Shown here: positions 1 to 8,582 of the stretch, in pieces
How the letters are laid out: every line of letters starts with the position of its first letter
Numbering within the stretch: the stretch's first letter is position 1
Source: an uncultured Actinomycetes bacterium
GTDB taxonomy: Bacteria; Actinomycetota; UBA4738; HRBIN12
Length of the DNA stretch: 64,000 bases
Reading direction: 5' to 3'
NCBI GenBank assembly: GCA_963765865.1
Contig: CAVXYE010000005.1
Location: 59,854-123,853, forward strand
Notes under the pieces: model-generated
What the model saw: only the letters and a program-made list of their open reading frames with translations
Database searches by the model: none
Told to the model about the DNA's origin: nothing
Position numbers and translations under genes: made by a program

Positions 1-513
1 GCGTTCGACGACGAGATCGGCTCCTTCGTCCAGTCCTACGGATCGAAGGAGATGGACGCCGCGCTCCTCATGTTGCCGTTCGTCGGGTTCATCTCCGCCG
101 ATGACCCGAAGATGGTCGGCACCGTCGCGGCGATCCAGGATCGGCTGATGGTCGACGGGTTCGTCCGGCGGTACGACACCGCGTCGCGCGTCGACGGTCA
201 GCCGGGCGGCGAGGGAGCGTTCATCCCGTGCACCTGCTGGCTCGCGGACTGTCTGTCGCTGCAGGGACACGACGAACAGGCGCGTGAGCTCTTCGAGCGC
301 GTCCTCGCTGTCCGCAACGACGTCGGCCTCCTCTCGGAGGAATACGACGTCGCGAACGGGCGACTCATCGGCAACTTCCCGCAGGCGTTCTCGCACGTGT
401 CGGTGATCGGGACGGCGCGCAACCTCTCCCGCGGCATGGTCGGACCGGCCGAGCGGAGGCTGCGGCGGCCCCGGCGGGTCCCTCGGGTGGCGCTGCGAGG
501 CGTCCGGCGGTGA
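1..513 (+). CDS. Glycoside hydrolase family 15 (glucoamylase/trehalase type), C-terminal part; the 5' end lies outside the window
   Basis: Frame-1 ORF is open from nt 1. The translated tail (GEGAFIPCTCWLADCL...LLSEEYD...GNFPQAFSHV) matches the conserved GH15 catalytic-domain C-terminus. Its stop overlaps the next start (GTGA). Confidence 0.7.
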   Translation, partial: AFDDEIGSFVQSYGSKEMDAALLMLPFVGFISADDPKMVGTVAAIQDRLMVDGFVRRYDTASRVDGQPGGEGAFIPCTCWLADCLSLQGHDEQARELFERVLAVRNDVGLLSEEYDVANGRLIGNFPQAFSHVSVIGTARNLSRGMVGPAERRLRRPRRVPRVALRGVRR

Positions 514-1229
514 GCCTCGAGGAGGTGAAGGCGCGGCTCGCGCGCGCTGCCCTCCTGCTGGACTTCGACGGGACGCTGTCGCCCATCGTCGTCCGGTCCG
601 AGGACGCGATGCCGGTCGCCGGCGCGGAGGAGGTCCTCGCCGGGCTGGTCGAGCGGGCCGGGAACGTCACGATCGTGACCGGACGACGGTCCGGATTCAT
701 CCGAAGCGTGTTGCGGGTCGAGGGCCTCGACGTGATCGGGCAGTTCGGGATGGAGGATTCCCCGGCCCTGCCGGAGGAGGTCCTTGCCGAGGTCAACGCC
801 GCGGTCGCGGGGGAGCTCGGCGTGCGCGTGGTGGACAAGAGCGCGAGCATCGCCGTCCACGTTCGGACGACGCCCGACCCCGATGCGGCGACCGTCAGGA
901 TCGCGGGGCCGCTCACCGCGATCGCCGAGCGGCACGGGCTGGAGGTCTCGCCCGGGAAGCGCGTGCTGGAGCTCGTCCGGAAGGGGAGCAGCAAGGGGAT
1001 CGTCGTCGAAGAGGTCGTCGCTCGAACGGGAGCCGAGGCTGCGCTCTACGCCGGCGACGACCTCAACGACGTGCCCGCGTTCGATGCGCTGGAGGTCCTC
1101 GCGAAGGACGGCATGCCGATCTGTCGGATCGCGGTGGTCGGAGAGGAGACGCCGGAGGAGCTCGTCGCGAAGGCGGATCTCACGGTGGCCGGTCCCGAGG
1201 AGCTGGTGGCGCTCCTACGGGAGCTCTGA
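510..1229 (+). CDS. otsB: Trehalose-6-phosphate phosphatase (HAD superfamily)
   Basis: 239-aa ORF with the HAD motif I LLLDFDGTLSP, a later GDDLNDVPAF motif and SKG. The GTG start overlaps the GH15 stop. Confidence 0.8.
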   Translation: MSLEEVKARLARAALLLDFDGTLSPIVVRSEDAMPVAGAEEVLAGLVERAGNVTIVTGRRSGFIRSVLRVEGLDVIGQFGMEDSPALPEEVLAEVNAAVAGELGVRVVDKSASIAVHVRTTPDPDAATVRIAGPLTAIAERHGLEVSPGKRVLELVRKGSSKGIVVEEVVARTGAEAALYAGDDLNDVPAFDALEVLAKDGMPICRIAVVGEETPEELVAKADLTVAGPEELVALLREL

Positions 1230-2048
1230 CGGCAGCAGCTCGTAGCCGTCGCCGGTGCGCGCCACCGTCCCGCTGATCGGCATGTGGGATGCCGCGAGCA
1301 GGAGGTCGGCGGCGGCTGCTCGTTCGAGCAGCCGCCGCCTCGTCGCTTCGTTCGTCCGGCCGTCCATGTCGGAGAGCGACACCCACTCGGGATGCGGGAC
1401 GTTGAGCTGCGAGACGAAGGTGTCGCCGGCCCACAGGACCGCCTCGTTCACGACGACCGCGAGGTGCCCCGGTGTATGGCCGGGCGCCTCGATCGCTTCG
1501 ACCCCGGTGGCGACGTGTGCACCGCCTTCGACGGTGTCGAGCAGCTCGGCGTCCAGCAGCGCCGAGAGCGCCGTCTGCGCAGGGAGCCCGGCGCCGTTCG
1601 GCAGGGCCTCGGCTTCGGCCGAGGACCAGAACTCGGCCTCGACCCGATGGATCACGTGACGCGCATCGGGGAAGGCGGGCTCGCCGCGAGGCCCGACGAG
1701 CCCGCCGACGTGGTCGGCGTGTCCGTGCGTGATGATCACGCACCGGACGTCCCACGGATGGACGCCGAGGGCCTCGAGCTCCTCGTGCACGTGACCGACA
1801 TCCAGCTCGGGCGCGAACCGGCCGTTGCCGGCGTCGACCAGGACGAGCCCGTCGGGGGACTCGACGAGGAGCGCCGCGACGCGGCCCGGCAGCTTCCCCT
1901 CCGCGTCGAGGTACGGGCGCACGAACTCGCCCTGGACGGCGTCGTCGTACCCCTGGAAGACGAATCGCGGCGAGACCGTTCGCCATCCGTCGATCAGCAC
2001 GTGGCAGGCGACGCCGTTCGCATCCAACCGGTGGCCGGGCTCACGCAC
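1215..2048 (-). CDS. MBL-fold metallo-hydrolase
   Basis: 277-aa ORF with the canonical ITHGHADHVGG metal-binding motif and downstream His/Asp ligands (APGHTPGH). Confidence 0.8.
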   Translation of the reverse strand: MREPGHRLDANGVACHVLIDGWRTVSPRFVFQGYDDAVQGEFVRPYLDAEGKLPGRVAALLVESPDGLVLVDAGNGRFAPELDVGHVHEELEALGVHPWDVRCVIITHGHADHVGGLVGPRGEPAFPDARHVIHRVEAEFWSSAEAEALPNGAGLPAQTALSALLDAELLDTVEGGAHVATGVEAIEAPGHTPGHLAVVVNEAVLWAGDTFVSQLNVPHPEWVSLSDMDGRTNEATRRRLLERAAAADLLLAASHMPISGTVARTGDGYELLPSELP

Positions 2049-2080
2049 CGACGGATGCTACGAGACTCGCCTCACGTCGA

Positions 2081-2848
2081 CTACGCAGCCGGCGGCGATG
2101 AACCTCTTGGCAGTGAGGGGGGCGGAGTGGCCCTGGCCCGGTTCAGGGGAGGCATCGGGCTGGTTCCGTTTGACCCACGATCCCGCATGCCCACGAACAT
2201 GACGGCCAACCACACCACGATCTTGAGCAGGGGCTGCTGGATGGCAACGACCACGATGAAAGCGAAGAGAGAGGATCCCATCGTCATCCCAACCTGGTTC
2301 ATCAGGTCTCGGAAGCGGGATCCCGTCGAAGAAGGAGGCAGCGTTCGAACGCCTGAGGGCATGTCGACCGGCTCGCTGATCGGGAGACCCAAGCGCGCGG
2401 CCAGGATCATCACGGACTGCTCTGTTCCGCGGAACGGGATGAGCTCTGCGATGCGAGCTCGCTCCGCTCGATAGCCCCACTCGTGCTCGATGACCTTTCC
2501 TGCGAGCTCTACCCGTCCCATGACCACGCCGGAGGTGCTACCGGGGCCGATCTCCGCCGTTCTGAATCCGCAGCCGGAAACGACGGGGGGCAGTGTGCTC
2601 ATCGCGTAGAAGCCGCAGGTGCAGTCTTCCTCGGGCGCGACGTGCCACGACGCCGCAGGATGCGAGCACGTCGCCCTCACCCACGACCACGAGGCCCCGT
2701 CCCAATCGCTGATCCCCGTAGGTCCTCCGCTCCGACGTTGGACGAGCGGATGCAGTCGCGCTCCTCGCTGGCCGATCGTGTAGTACCAAGCTCGATAGCC
2801 AACGATCGGGTCGATCCCGTCCGGGATCCGGTTCCACCGATCATCCAT
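2081..2848 (-). CDS. Conserved hypothetical protein with a Cys/His-containing N-domain and a C-terminal transmembrane helix
   Basis: 255-aa ORF with good codon bias. Motifs GYRAW...ATCSHP...HVAPEEDCTCGFYA...EHEWGYRAE, then a hydrophobic stretch SSLFAFIVVVAIQQPLLKIVVWLAVMFVG. I recognise no family name. Confidence 0.55.
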   Translation of the reverse strand: MDDRWNRIPDGIDPIVGYRAWYYTIGQRGARLHPLVQRRSGGPTGISDWDGASWSWVRATCSHPAASWHVAPEEDCTCGFYAMSTLPPVVSGCGFRTAEIGPGSTSGVVMGRVELAGKVIEHEWGYRAERARIAELIPFRGTEQSVMILAARLGLPISEPVDMPSGVRTLPPSSTGSRFRDLMNQVGMTMGSSLFAFIVVVAIQQPLLKIVVWLAVMFVGMRDRGSNGTSPMPPLNRARATPPPSLPRGSSPPAA

Positions 2849-2852
2849 GGGG

Positions 2853-2996
2853 TCAGCGACTTGGCTTGGGTTGCTTCTCCGGACGTGGGTCGACAGGTTG
2901 GGGGGCGATCGCCGGCGAAGGCTCTTTCACGGGGGAAGACTCGGGCTCCTCGACCGGCTCGATGAAGACGGTCCGACGCTGCGTGCCGATGTTCAT
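2853..2996 (-). CDS. Small Pro/Glu-rich protein (47 aa), not in the supplied ORF track
   Basis: ATG at 2996 is preceded by GAGGAGG at good spacing. Translation is MNIGTQRRTVFIEPVEEPESSPVKEPSPAIAPQPVDPRPEKQPKPSR. The stop lies 4 nt before the ATG of the 255-aa gene. Confidence 0.45.
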   Translation of the reverse strand: MNIGTQRRTVFIEPVEEPESSPVKEPSPAIAPQPVDPRPEKQPKPSR

Positions 2997-3111
2997 GGCT
3001 TCGCCTCCTCATGCATCGGGTGCTGTCCCCCATCGTACCGATGAACGAGGGGGCGCTGACAAGCCGTTCTCCATCGCTCACGCTCGTCTCCATCCCGCTC
3101 GGCACGGGCTC

Positions 3112-4056
3112 CTACTGGCCCGCGGTCGGCGATCGAGGGCGGTGGCTGCCGCGGACGATCGCCGAACGGCTCGCGTCCCGGAAGATCGTCCTGACCGAGG
3201 GGGAAAGCCGAACGATCGACAGGCCGTTCGCTGACCCGATGCCGCCCGGCAGCACGACGTTCTGGAGGTTCCTCGGCGGGATCCGGGCGCAGAGGAACGC
3301 GAGCCGCAGGACGTTCGTGAGCGGCAGGTCCGTCGAGAGGCTGCGCATCCCCGCCGAGACCCACCGGAGCAGCGCGGTCGGGTCCTTCTCGAACTCCGTC
3401 CGGAACTGGGTGAGCGCGGCGATGAGCACGCGGCCGCCGTCCTCGCTCCTGCCGAAGTCGCCCGACCGCAAGCTGTGACGGTCGCGGCTGAACGCGAGGA
3501 CCTCCGCGCCGCGCAACCGTTGCACGCCGGGGTGGAAGTCCGCTCGGGAGTAGCTGTCGTGCATCGGGAACGGCACCCGGATCGTCAGTCCGCCGATCTG
3601 GTCGATCATCGACGTGAGCCCCCAGAACGACGTCAGGGCGAAGTACTGGATGTGGATCCCGCTCATCTGCTCGACGGTCTTGACCAGCAGCGGTGGACCC
3701 CCGATGGCCATCGACGCGTTGATCTTGTTCATCCCGTAGCCGGGGATCGATACCCATGAGTCCCGAGGGATGCCGATGATCACCGCGTGTCGGTTCTTCG
3801 GGTCGATCTCGATCAGGTGGATCGAGTCGGCGAGCCCGCGCTCGGGAGCCTGGTATGGGCGCGCGCCGGAGCCGATCGCGAGGATCGAGATCGGCCGGTT
3901 CCCGGTGAGGTCCGGTGTGTATCCGGCGTGCGCGGCCGAAAGCATGATCGGTGGATCCCCCGATGCTTCGCTCGAGCCGGGCGCGATCGCTCCAAGGGCG
4001 GAGCCGAGGGTCCAAGCCGCGAGCGCCAGGATCACGAACGCTGCCCGCCGCCTCAC
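3112..4056 (-). CDS. LCP family protein (LytR-CpsA-Psr glycopolymer transferase)
   Basis: 314-aa ORF with an N-terminal signal/TM and the LCP core (ADSIHLIEIDP...IPRDSWVSIPGYG.NKINAS...LAFSRDRHSL..GDFGR). Confidence 0.85.
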   Translation of the reverse strand: MRRRAAFVILALAAWTLGSALGAIAPGSSEASGDPPIMLSAAHAGYTPDLTGNRPISILAIGSGARPYQAPERGLADSIHLIEIDPKNRHAVIIGIPRDSWVSIPGYGMNKINASMAIGGPPLLVKTVEQMSGIHIQYFALTSFWGLTSMIDQIGGLTIRVPFPMHDSYSRADFHPGVQRLRGAEVLAFSRDRHSLRSGDFGRSEDGGRVLIAALTQFRTEFEKDPTALLRWVSAGMRSLSTDLPLTNVLRLAFLCARIPPRNLQNVVLPGGIGSANGLSIVRLSPSVRTIFRDASRSAIVRGSHRPRSPTAGQ

Positions 4057-4799
4057 GGGGCCCCCGTCGCCGAGGCATCCGGTGCATCCGGCGAGCTCGG
4101 CAGGCTCTTCTCGACCCTGTCATCGCTCCGTCGCACGTCGTAGGAAACGATCTTCCAGCTGCCTCCGACACGCTGGAAGAAGAACCGCCCCGTGCTGTCG
4201 AACCTCGTGTTCGACGATCCGGCGATCCTCCGGCCGAGCGCCCGGAATCGCGCGTTCACGAGGACCATGACCGGCTTGCCCTTCCGTTCGAGCAGGACCG
4301 TCGTGCTGATCAGGGATCGACGCGGCACGATCGCGTCGTACGCCTCGCCGGCCGTCGCACCCGCCGTAAGGACCCGGACGTCCTTCCGGGCCCGGGCCCT
4401 CGCCGCCCTCGCGAAGTCCCGCCAGAGGCTCTCGTAGGTTCCGTCATGCCAGTGGACGGGATCCAAGAAGGCACTTCGGTAGAGCCGTGTGATCGACGCG
4501 ATCGCCCTCTTCGACGCGAGCTTGGATGCCCCGTGGAGACGGAGAAGGGGATCGGTCCGGACGGGCTTCCTCGATCTGATCGCGGCCGTGGGAAGAGCGC
4601 CGGACCGGGCGACCGCGAACGCGAACGCCGGTGTTCGTTCCGGACCGGTCTGGATGATCGAGGGGGCGGCGATCCGGTCGTCCCGGGATCCGAACACGAA
4701 CACCGTCACGGCGATCGCTGCGACCAGCACCACGCCGGCCGCGATCATCCGCCAAGAACGCACGAGGCTCGATCCCTGATCATTTCTCTTCCATCGCAT
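4053..4799 (-). CDS. Membrane-anchored hypothetical protein
   Basis: 248-aa ORF with a single N-terminal TM (MIAAGVVLVAAIAVTVFVF). Its stop overlaps the LCP start (ATGA), which suggests an operon. Confidence 0.55.
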   Translation of the reverse strand: MRWKRNDQGSSLVRSWRMIAAGVVLVAAIAVTVFVFGSRDDRIAAPSIIQTGPERTPAFAFAVARSGALPTAAIRSRKPVRTDPLLRLHGASKLASKRAIASITRLYRSAFLDPVHWHDGTYESLWRDFARAARARARKDVRVLTAGATAGEAYDAIVPRRSLISTTVLLERKGKPVMVLVNARFRALGRRIAGSSNTRFDSTGRFFFQRVGGSWKIVSYDVRRSDDRVEKSLPSSPDAPDASATGAP

Positions 4800-4990
4800 A
4801 CGTCGCGAGGAATGCGCCGGTCGTCGTCACCTGTCCCTGGACGAGCCGGAACGACCTGAGCACGCCGTCATCGCGGAAGACGCGCTTCCCACCGCCGACG
4901 ACGACCGGGTCGATCATCAAGCGGAACTCGTCGACGAGGTCGTGTTCGACCAACGTGTGCGCCAACTCGCTGCTGCCAAGCAGATCGCCG
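4780..4990 (-). pseudogene. Remnant (last ~70 codons) of a RibD C-terminal / dihydrofolate-reductase-family gene
   Basis: Only the C-terminal block TGDLLGSSELAHTLVEHDLVDEFRLMIDPVVVGGGKRVFRDDG...TTGAFLATYAMEEK reads sensibly. The ~120 N-terminal residues expected for this family are absent, and the upstream part of the ORF is Arg-rich junk overlapping the neighbouring gene. Confidence 0.55.
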
Positions 4991-5711
4991 GTTGTCGCTC
5001 GAGGCGGCTGTGGATCCCGGCCTTCGCCATCATCACCTCGAACCCTTCGATGATGTTGGCGGTCCACGCGCGCGCCTGCTGTGCGTGATACATGGCCAGG
5101 ACGGCTTGCTCCGACAGCGGGGCGATCCGGTCGGCGAGCTCGGCGTTCGCGATCTCCTCCGGGCCCTTGCCCGCCGCCATGGCTGGCTCGATCACCTCGG
5201 AGTTCCACCAGGCCCCTTCCTGTTCGGTGATCCGCCGGGTGCTGTCGCCCTGCACTCGGAGCAGACGCTCGATCGCGGGCGTCCGGAATCCCTCCGCCAG
5301 CTGGAGTTCGATGAACGGCACGATCGCCATCTCATCGTCGCGAAGTCGGTCATCGGGCGATGGTTGCGCCATGCCGATCGCTTCGCGGACGACCATCAGC
5401 AACTCGAGCGGGATCCCGGTCCGGTCGCTGACCTGGCGGAACGTCTCGGAGCCGAGCGCGGCGAATCGCTCGTAGCTGGCCGCGTCGAAGAAGGAGAGCG
5501 ACAGGGCACCGCTCTTCATGCCGGCGGCCACACCTTCGAGCGGGATCCCGGCATCCTCCAGCGACTTCGCCATCAGCACGCGGCGCACGTCCCCCGGCGA
5601 GAAGCGATCCGGATCCTCGGGGGCGAGGATGCCGAGATCCACGAGTCGAAGGAGATACGAAGGCTCGACGCCGACCCGCTCGGCAGCGTCCTCGCGTGTG
5701 TACCAGGTCAC
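4917..5711 (-). CDS. MerR-like HTH domain protein, possibly 3'-truncated
   Basis: 264-aa ORF. The N-terminus YTREDAAERVGVEPSYLLRLVDLGIL resembles a MerR-type HTH. The last ~25 codons (ICLAAASWRTRWSNTTSSTSSA) are low quality and overlap the RibD_C remnant out of frame. Confidence 0.55.
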   Translation of the reverse strand: MTWYTREDAAERVGVEPSYLLRLVDLGILAPEDPDRFSPGDVRRVLMAKSLEDAGIPLEGVAAGMKSGALSLSFFDAASYERFAALGSETFRQVSDRTGIPLELLMVVREAIGMAQPSPDDRLRDDEMAIVPFIELQLAEGFRTPAIERLLRVQGDSTRRITEQEGAWWNSEVIEPAMAAGKGPEEIANAELADRIAPLSEQAVLAMYHAQQARAWTANIIEGFEVMMAKAGIHSRLERQPAICLAAASWRTRWSNTTSSTSSA

Positions 5712-5796
5712 GTGGCCAGCCTACCGGCGGCACCGACACTCGTCGGATGTGGGCGCGCGCCCGACGTCAGAACGCACGCAGGTGACGATGTCCTCG

Positions 5797-6180
5797 TCAC
5801 GGCAGGATCTCGGAGAGGTCCCATACCTGGGCCGCGGACGTGGGAAGGCGAACGACGACACCGTCACCTCGCTCTGCGACGAAGGCGTCGGCCCCCTCGT
5901 GCCCGAGGTAGCGCGAGGAGATGGATCGCCGGACGTCTTCCACGCGCGATTCGTCCCATCCGACCTCGGCTCGGACCTTCACACCCCGGAAGGGAGCCAC
6001 GGTCTCGAAGATCATCAGCACGGCGCGTGGGTCACGCGCCAGGTTGCGCAGCTTGCTGTCGCTCTTCGCCACCACGACCTCGAACGTCTCGCCCGTGTAG
6101 CGGAACCACACGGGAGACACGTCGGCGGAGCCATCGGGTCGGTAGGTGATCAGCACAGCGGGCGAGGGCGCTTCCAGCAA
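5797..6180 (-). CDS. Pyridoxamine 5'-phosphate oxidase family protein (PPOX class, probably F420-dependent)
   Basis: 127-aa ORF. AVLITYRPDGSADVSPVWF...DSKLRNLARDPRAVL is typical of split-barrel PPOX/F420 enzymes. Confidence 0.7.
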   Translation of the reverse strand: MLEAPSPAVLITYRPDGSADVSPVWFRYTGETFEVVVAKSDSKLRNLARDPRAVLMIFETVAPFRGVKVRAEVGWDESRVEDVRRSISSRYLGHEGADAFVAERGDGVVVRLPTSAAQVWDLSEILP

Positions 6181-6280
6181 CGATCGAGATGCTCGAGTCC
6201 CCGCGCAGGATCCATCTGCAGAGGGTAGGGCCGTGGAAGGTGAGAAATCACTTCCTCAGGTCTGGCCTGCACGGACGGGG

Positions 6281-6308
6281 TTGACACGACGTTCGATGTC
6301 CCTACACT
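6281..6308 (+). promoter_or_regulatory. Candidate housekeeping-type promoter for the ilv leader
   Basis: TTGACA (6281-6286), a 16-nt spacer, then TACACT (6303-6308). The leader ATG at 6318 is ~10 nt downstream, so the transcript would be nearly leaderless. Confidence 0.4.
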
Positions 6309-6317
6309 GACTAGACC

Positions 6318-6368
6318 ATGTCGACCAGGGCTGTGACCGGACGCAGCAGCCTCGTACTTATCGCATAG
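6318..6368 (+). CDS. ilv operon leader peptide (16 aa)
   Basis: Translation is MSTRAVTGRSSLVLIA. It ends in four consecutive branched-chain codons, CTC GTA CTT ATC. GTA and CTT are A/T-ending codons that are rare in this GC-rich DNA. A terminator hairpin follows. Confidence 0.55.
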   Translation: MSTRAVTGRSSLVLIA

Positions 6369-6409
6369 GCGCGGGCGGGCGATAGCCCGACAGACCCCCG
6401 CGCCAGACG

Positions 6410-6434
6410 CCCCTCGCCACGCGAGGGGTTTTTT
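6410..6434 (+). terminator. Intrinsic terminator (attenuator) upstream of ilvB
   Basis: Perfect 8-bp stem CCCCTCGC / GCGAGGGG with loop CAC, followed by TTTTTT. An alternative upstream pairing GGCGCGGG (6368-6375) / CCCGCGCC (6397-6404) could act as an antiterminator. Confidence 0.65.
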
Positions 6435-6515
6435 CTACCCCGGGTTCGGATGACCGCCCAGCGACGGATCGGGGACGAGTCCAGCGGAAGGGCCAGCGGA
6501 AGGGAAGGAGTCACG

Positions 6516-6834
6516 ATGAGGTACGAATTCGATCGGAACGGCACCGTCGTCGCGAGCGTGCTGTGGGAAGGCCCGGGACAGGTGACCGTCGAGACCGCGG
6601 ACAGCAGCACCCGCGCGGTGGTCGACCGATACCTGTCCTCCGAGGTCGTGTACATGGGCGGGTGGGTTCGGCCTCGACGAGGACCAGAGCGGCGACGTCC
6701 TGCAGCTGCGCCGGCGCGATTGGACGCCGTGGGAGTTCGAGCGCGCGTGCAGGAACCTGGCGCACCGGCTGCAGGCGACCGTCCGCCGGGTGGAGACCGG
6801 ACCCGTCGAGGATCGGGAGGCGGCCGCGCGATGA
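6516..6834 (+). pseudogene. Small conserved-looking ORF (~105 aa) with one frame break, between the attenuator and ilvB
   Basis: GGAAGGAG RBS then an ATG at 6516. Translation is [49 protein letters not shown], which then continues sensibly only in the +1 frame ([56 protein letters not shown]). That frame stops at a TGA overlapping the ilvB ATG. The second frame has no start codon of its own. Confidence 0.45.
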
Positions 6835-8582
6835 AGGTCACCGGGGCCCTGGCCCTCTTGCGAGCCCTCGAGCACGAAGGGGTCGAGGTGATCTTCGGTA
6901 TCCCGGGCGGGGCGAGCATGCCCATCTACGACCCGCTCGTCGACGGCTCGTCGATCCGGCACATCCTCTGCCGCCACGAACAGGGCGCGGGCCACGCGGC
7001 GGAGGGCTACGCGTGGGCCACCGGACGGGTCGGCGTCTGCATGGCGACCTCGGGTCCCGGCGGGACCAACCTCGTCACGCCGATCGCCGACGCGAAGATG
7101 GACTCGGTCCCGATCGTCGCGATCACGGGGCAGGTGCCGACGCCCGTGGTCGGCAACGACGCGTTCCAGGAGGCCGACATCACGGGCATCACGATGCCCA
7201 TCACGAAGCACAACTTCCTGGTGAAGGATCCCGCGCTGATCGCCGAGACCGTGCGTGAGGCGTTCCACATCGCCTCGACCGGTCGCCCGGGCCCCGTCCT
7301 GATCGACCTCCCGAAGGACGTGCTCCTTTCGGAGACGACCTGGAGCTGGCCCGAGCGCATCAACCTGCCCGGCTACAAGCCCACGACGAAGGGCAACCAA
7401 CGCCAGGTCGGGGAAGCCGTGAAGCTGATCATGGCGGCCGAACGTCCCGTGCTCTACGTCGGCGGTGGCGTGATCAAGGCCGACGCGCACGCCGAGCTCG
7501 CGAAGCTCGCGACCCTCGGCCGCCTGCCGGTCGTCACCACCTTGATGGCGCGCGGAGCGTTCCCCGACTCGAACGAGCTGTGCTTGGGGATGCCGGGGAT
7601 GCACGGCAACTACACGGCCGTCACCTCGATCCAGAAGGCGGACGTCCTCGTCGCTCTCGGGGCCCGCTTCGACGACCGGGTGACGGGCAAGCTTGCGGCC
7701 TTCGCTCCACACGCGAAGGTGATCCACGTCGACATCGATCCGGCGGAGATCGGGAAGAACCGCGTGGCCGACGTGCCGATCGTCGGCGATTGCAAGGACG
7801 TGATCGCGAAGCTCGCCGCCGAGTTGGACGCACGGCAGCACGAGGCCGGCGGCGTGCCGGATCGCTCCGCGTGGCTCGGTCAGCTCGCCGACTGGCAACG
7901 ACGGTTCCCCTACCGCTACGACCAGCAACCGGACGGGCCGCTCAAGCCGCAGTACTGCGTCGAGCGCCTCCGCGAACACTCCGACGCGGACACGATCGTC
8001 GTGGCGGGCGTCGGGCAACACCAGATGTACGCGTCGCAGTACTGGCATTTCGAGCATCCGCGGCACTGGATCAATTCGGGTGGTCTCGGCACGATGGGCT
8101 TCGCGGTTCCGGCAGCGCTCGGCGCCAAGGTCGGGCAACCCGATAAGCGGGTCCTGGCGATCGACGGCGACGGCTGCTTCCAGATGACCGCGCAGGAGCT
8201 TGCGACCAGCACCACGGAGAAGATCCCCTTCATCACGGCGATCTTGAACAACGGGTACCTGGGGATGGTCCGCCAATGGCAGGAGCTGTTCTTCGCGGAA
8301 CGGTACTCGGGCGTCTACCTCGATCCCGATGTGCCGGACTACGTGAAGCTCGCCGAGGCGTACGGAGCGGTCGGGCTCCGGGCGGACGATCCCGGCGAGG
8401 TCGACGCGGTGATCGAGAAGGCCTTCTCGGTGGAGGACCGGAGCGTCGTGATCGACTTCCGGGTGGATCCGCGCGAGATGGTCTTCCCGATGGTCCCGGC
8501 GGGCGCGTCGAACGACGACATCATCCTCGACCCCGAGGGCGCGACACCCACGAGCGATCCCGCGGAGGCTCCGATCGTATGA
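6831..8582 (+). CDS. ilvB: Acetolactate synthase large subunit
   Basis: 583 aa counted from [27 protein letters not shown]. ThDP motif [17 protein letters not shown]...DGDGCFQM. The in-frame upstream extension to 6450 is rejected. Confidence 0.95.
   Translation: MKVTGALALLRALEHEGVEVIFGIPGGASMPIYDPLVDGSSIRHILCRHEQGAGHAAEGYAWATGRVGVCMATSGPGGTNLVTPIADAKMDSVPIVAITGQVPTPVVGNDAFQEADITGITMPITKHNFLVKDPALIAETVREAFHIASTGRPGPVLIDLPKDVLLSETTWSWPERINLPGYKPTTKGNQRQVGEAVKLIMAAERPVLYVGGGVIKADAHAELAKLATLGRLPVVTTLMARGAFPDSNELCLGMPGMHGNYTAVTSIQKADVLVALGARFDDRVTGKLAAFAPHAKVIHVDIDPAEIGKNRVADVPIVGDCKDVIAKLAAELDARQHEAGGVPDRSAWLGQLADWQRRFPYRYDQQPDGPLKPQYCVERLREHSDADTIVVAGVGQHQMYASQYWHFEHPRHWINSGGLGTMGFAVPAALGAKVGQPDKRVLAIDGDGCFQMTAQELATSTTEKIPFITAILNNGYLGMVRQWQELFFAERYSGVYLDPDVPDYVKLAEAYGAVGLRADDPGEVDAVIEKAFSVEDRSVVIDFRVDPREMVFPMVPAGASNDDIILDPEGATPTSDPAEAPIV

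Noticed and set aside
6450-6830. In-frame upstream extension of ilvB (the 710-aa version)
   Set aside because: The segment 6660-6830 in this frame is Arg/Pro junk. ilvB has a normal N-terminus at [10 protein letters not shown]. The first part belongs to a separate small ORF that continues in another frame.
6435-8276. 613-aa minus-strand ORF
   Set aside because: It is antisense to ilvB, with shadow-frame composition.
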